A stretch of DNA of 64,000 bases, taken from contig NIVC01000085.1 in assembly GCA_002269645.1 (NCBI GenBank), positions 310,001-374,000 of the forward strand. Direction: 5' to 3'. Shown piece by piece: positions 62,435-64,000 of this stretch. A program made the position numbers and the translations under genes. Under the pieces are notes generated by a model, which made no database searches, was not told the DNA's origin, and worked only from the letters and a program-made list of their open reading frames with translations. This DNA is from Macrostomum lignano (Eukaryota). Position 1 is the stretch's first letter. Every line of letters starts with the position of its first letter.

Positions 62435-64000
62435 ATGGCAACGGAGATGGAGCGGAAGCTGAGAGCGGCGCTGGAGGCTGGAGACAGCGAGGAGCTGCAG
62501 CGACTGTGCGGTGAGGTCGGCAGCAACATCGAGCTGGAGGTGGGCGGGTTCGACGAGCAAGACTATCCCTATTTTACAGAGATTCTTGTAATGCCGCTGG
62601 CCCATCACGTGGCCTGCAAGCCGGTGAGTTCGTCGTGCCTGGAGCTGCTGATTGACAGATTCGGACCCGACTGTCTGACACATGGACATGATAGGGGCAA
62701 GACTCCAGTGCACTTTGCTGCTCAGCATCAGGACGAATCTTGGATGAAGCTGGTTAAAGAGAAGGGAGGCAGAGGCTGCTTGAGAATTGTCAGTGGATGG
62801 AGAGAGACAGTCGCTCACTTTGCCGCTATGAACAGAAAAAGCAACTCTTGTCTGAAGTGGATGGTGAAGGAGCTCGGCAGCGACTGTCTCACAGTTCCTG
62901 ACGAATTCGGTGACACGGCCGTCCATTTGGCCGCTCAGCATCAGGGCATCGAGTCGCTGGAGTGGATCAAGAGACAGATCGGAACTGGCTGCTTTCGGCT
63001 GAAGGGAGAAGGTGATAAACGAACATTTCACATTGCTGCTCAGAAGTCTGACAATTCAATGCTGAAGTGGCTGGTGAAGGAGCTCGGCAGCGACTGTCTC
63101 ACAGTTCCTGACGAATTCGGTGACACGGCCGTCTATTTGGCCGCTCAGCATCAGGGCATCGAGTCGCTGGAGTGGATCAAGAGACAGATCGGAACTGACT
63201 GCTTTCGGCTGAAGGGAGATGATGATAGAACAGCATTTCACTTTGCTGCTCAGAAGTCTGACAATTCAATGCTGAAGTTGCTGGTGAAGGAGCTCGGCAG
63301 TGACTGTCTCACAGTTCCTGACATAGACGATGACACAGCCGTCGATTTGGCCGCTCAGCATCAGGGCATCGAGTCGCTGGAGTGGATCAAGAGACAGATC
63401 GGAACTGACTGCTTTCGGCTGAAGGGATTGTGGGATAGAACAGCATTTCACTTTGCTGCTCAGAAGTCTGACAATTCAAATCTGAAGTGGCTGGTGAAGG
63501 AGCTCGGCAGCGACTGTCTCACAGTTCCTGACTATTGGGGTACCACGGCCGTCCATTGGGCCGCTGAGCATCAGGGAATCGAGTCGCTGGAGTGGATCAA
63601 GAGACAGATCGGAACTGACTGCTTTCGGCTGAAGGGAGATGATGATAGAACAGCATTTCACATTGCTGCTAAGAAGTCTGACAATTCAAATCTGAAGTGG
63701 CTGGTGAAGGAGCTCGGCAGCGACTGTCTCACAGTTCCTGACCAATGCGGTGACACGGCCGTCCATTTGGCCGCTCAGCATCAGGGCATCGAGTCGCTGG
63801 AGTGGATCAAGAGACAGATCGGAACTGACTGCTTTCGGCTGAAAGGAAGGCTCGATAGAACAGCATTTCACATTGCTGCTAAGAAGTCTGACAATTCAAA
63901 TCTGAAGTGGCTGGTGAAGGAGCTCGGCAGCGACTGTCTCACAGTTCCTGACCAATGCGGTGACACGGCCGTCCATTTGGCCGCTGTGCATCAGCCAGTC
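62435..64000 (+). CDS. Ankyrin-repeat gene D (paralogue of gene A exon 1), runs off the window
   Basis: ATG at 62435 ([17 protein letters not shown]..). The frame stays open through six VPD-containing 70-aa units to the window end. Upstream 61475-62435 is homologous to 13058-13914. The kinase exons are presumed to lie beyond the window. Confidence 0.9.
   Translation, partial: MATEMERKLRAALEAGDSEELQRLCGEVGSNIELEVGGFDEQDYPYFTEILVMPLAHHVACKPVSSSCLELLIDRFGPDCLTHGHDRGKTPVHFAAQHQDESWMKLVKEKGGRGCLRIVSGWRETVAHFAAMNRKSNSCLKWMVKELGSDCLTVPDEFGDTAVHLAAQHQGIESLEWIKRQIGTGCFRLKGEGDKRTFHIAAQKSDNSMLKWLVKELGSDCLTVPDEFGDTAVYLAAQHQGIESLEWIKRQIGTDCFRLKGDDDRTAFHFAAQKSDNSMLKLLVKELGSDCLTVPDIDDDTAVDLAAQHQGIESLEWIKRQIGTDCFRLKGLWDRTAFHFAAQKSDNSNLKWLVKELGSDCLTVPDYWGTTAVHWAAEHQGIESLEWIKRQIGTDCFRLKGDDDRTAFHIAAKKSDNSNLKWLVKELGSDCLTVPDQCGDTAVHLAAQHQGIESLEWIKRQIGTDCFRLKGRLDRTAFHIAAKKSDNSNLKWLVKELGSDCLTVPDQCGDTAVHLAAVHQPV

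Overview
Eukaryotic, intron-containing, very minisatellite-rich genomic DNA. GC-rich exons, short GT-AG introns, an intronless USP gene and a CORE-like SINE suggest an invertebrate, possibly a flatworm such as Macrostomum (inference only). Most long ORFs in the supplied track are translations of tandem repeats. Manual exon joining with phase-consistent splice sites gives four ankyrin-repeat/MAP3K-like kinase genes (A 13914-17085 +, C 42092-38475 -, B 48760-44564 -, D 62435->end +, kinase part of D outside the window). It also gives two divergent Rel-homology (NF-kB/NFAT-like RHD+IPT) genes on the minus strand (54159-49881 and 57283-55282), directly upstream of B and C, plus a USP gene, an FkbM-type methyltransferase and a few hypothetical genes. 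Mobile DNA: two Ty3/Gypsy elements, a solo LTR, two hAT-type non-autonomous elements with 8-bp TSDs, foldback elements, three SINE copies and a decayed CACTA-like transposase. Four of these insertions sit inside minisatellite arrays. Best candidate for a novel system: an immune-signalling-like cluster of cryptic Rel genes plus ankyrin-kinases. It includes a possible in-frame Rel-ankyrin-kinase splice fusion, and ankyrin arrays in A and D that vary mainly at DARPin-type binding positions.
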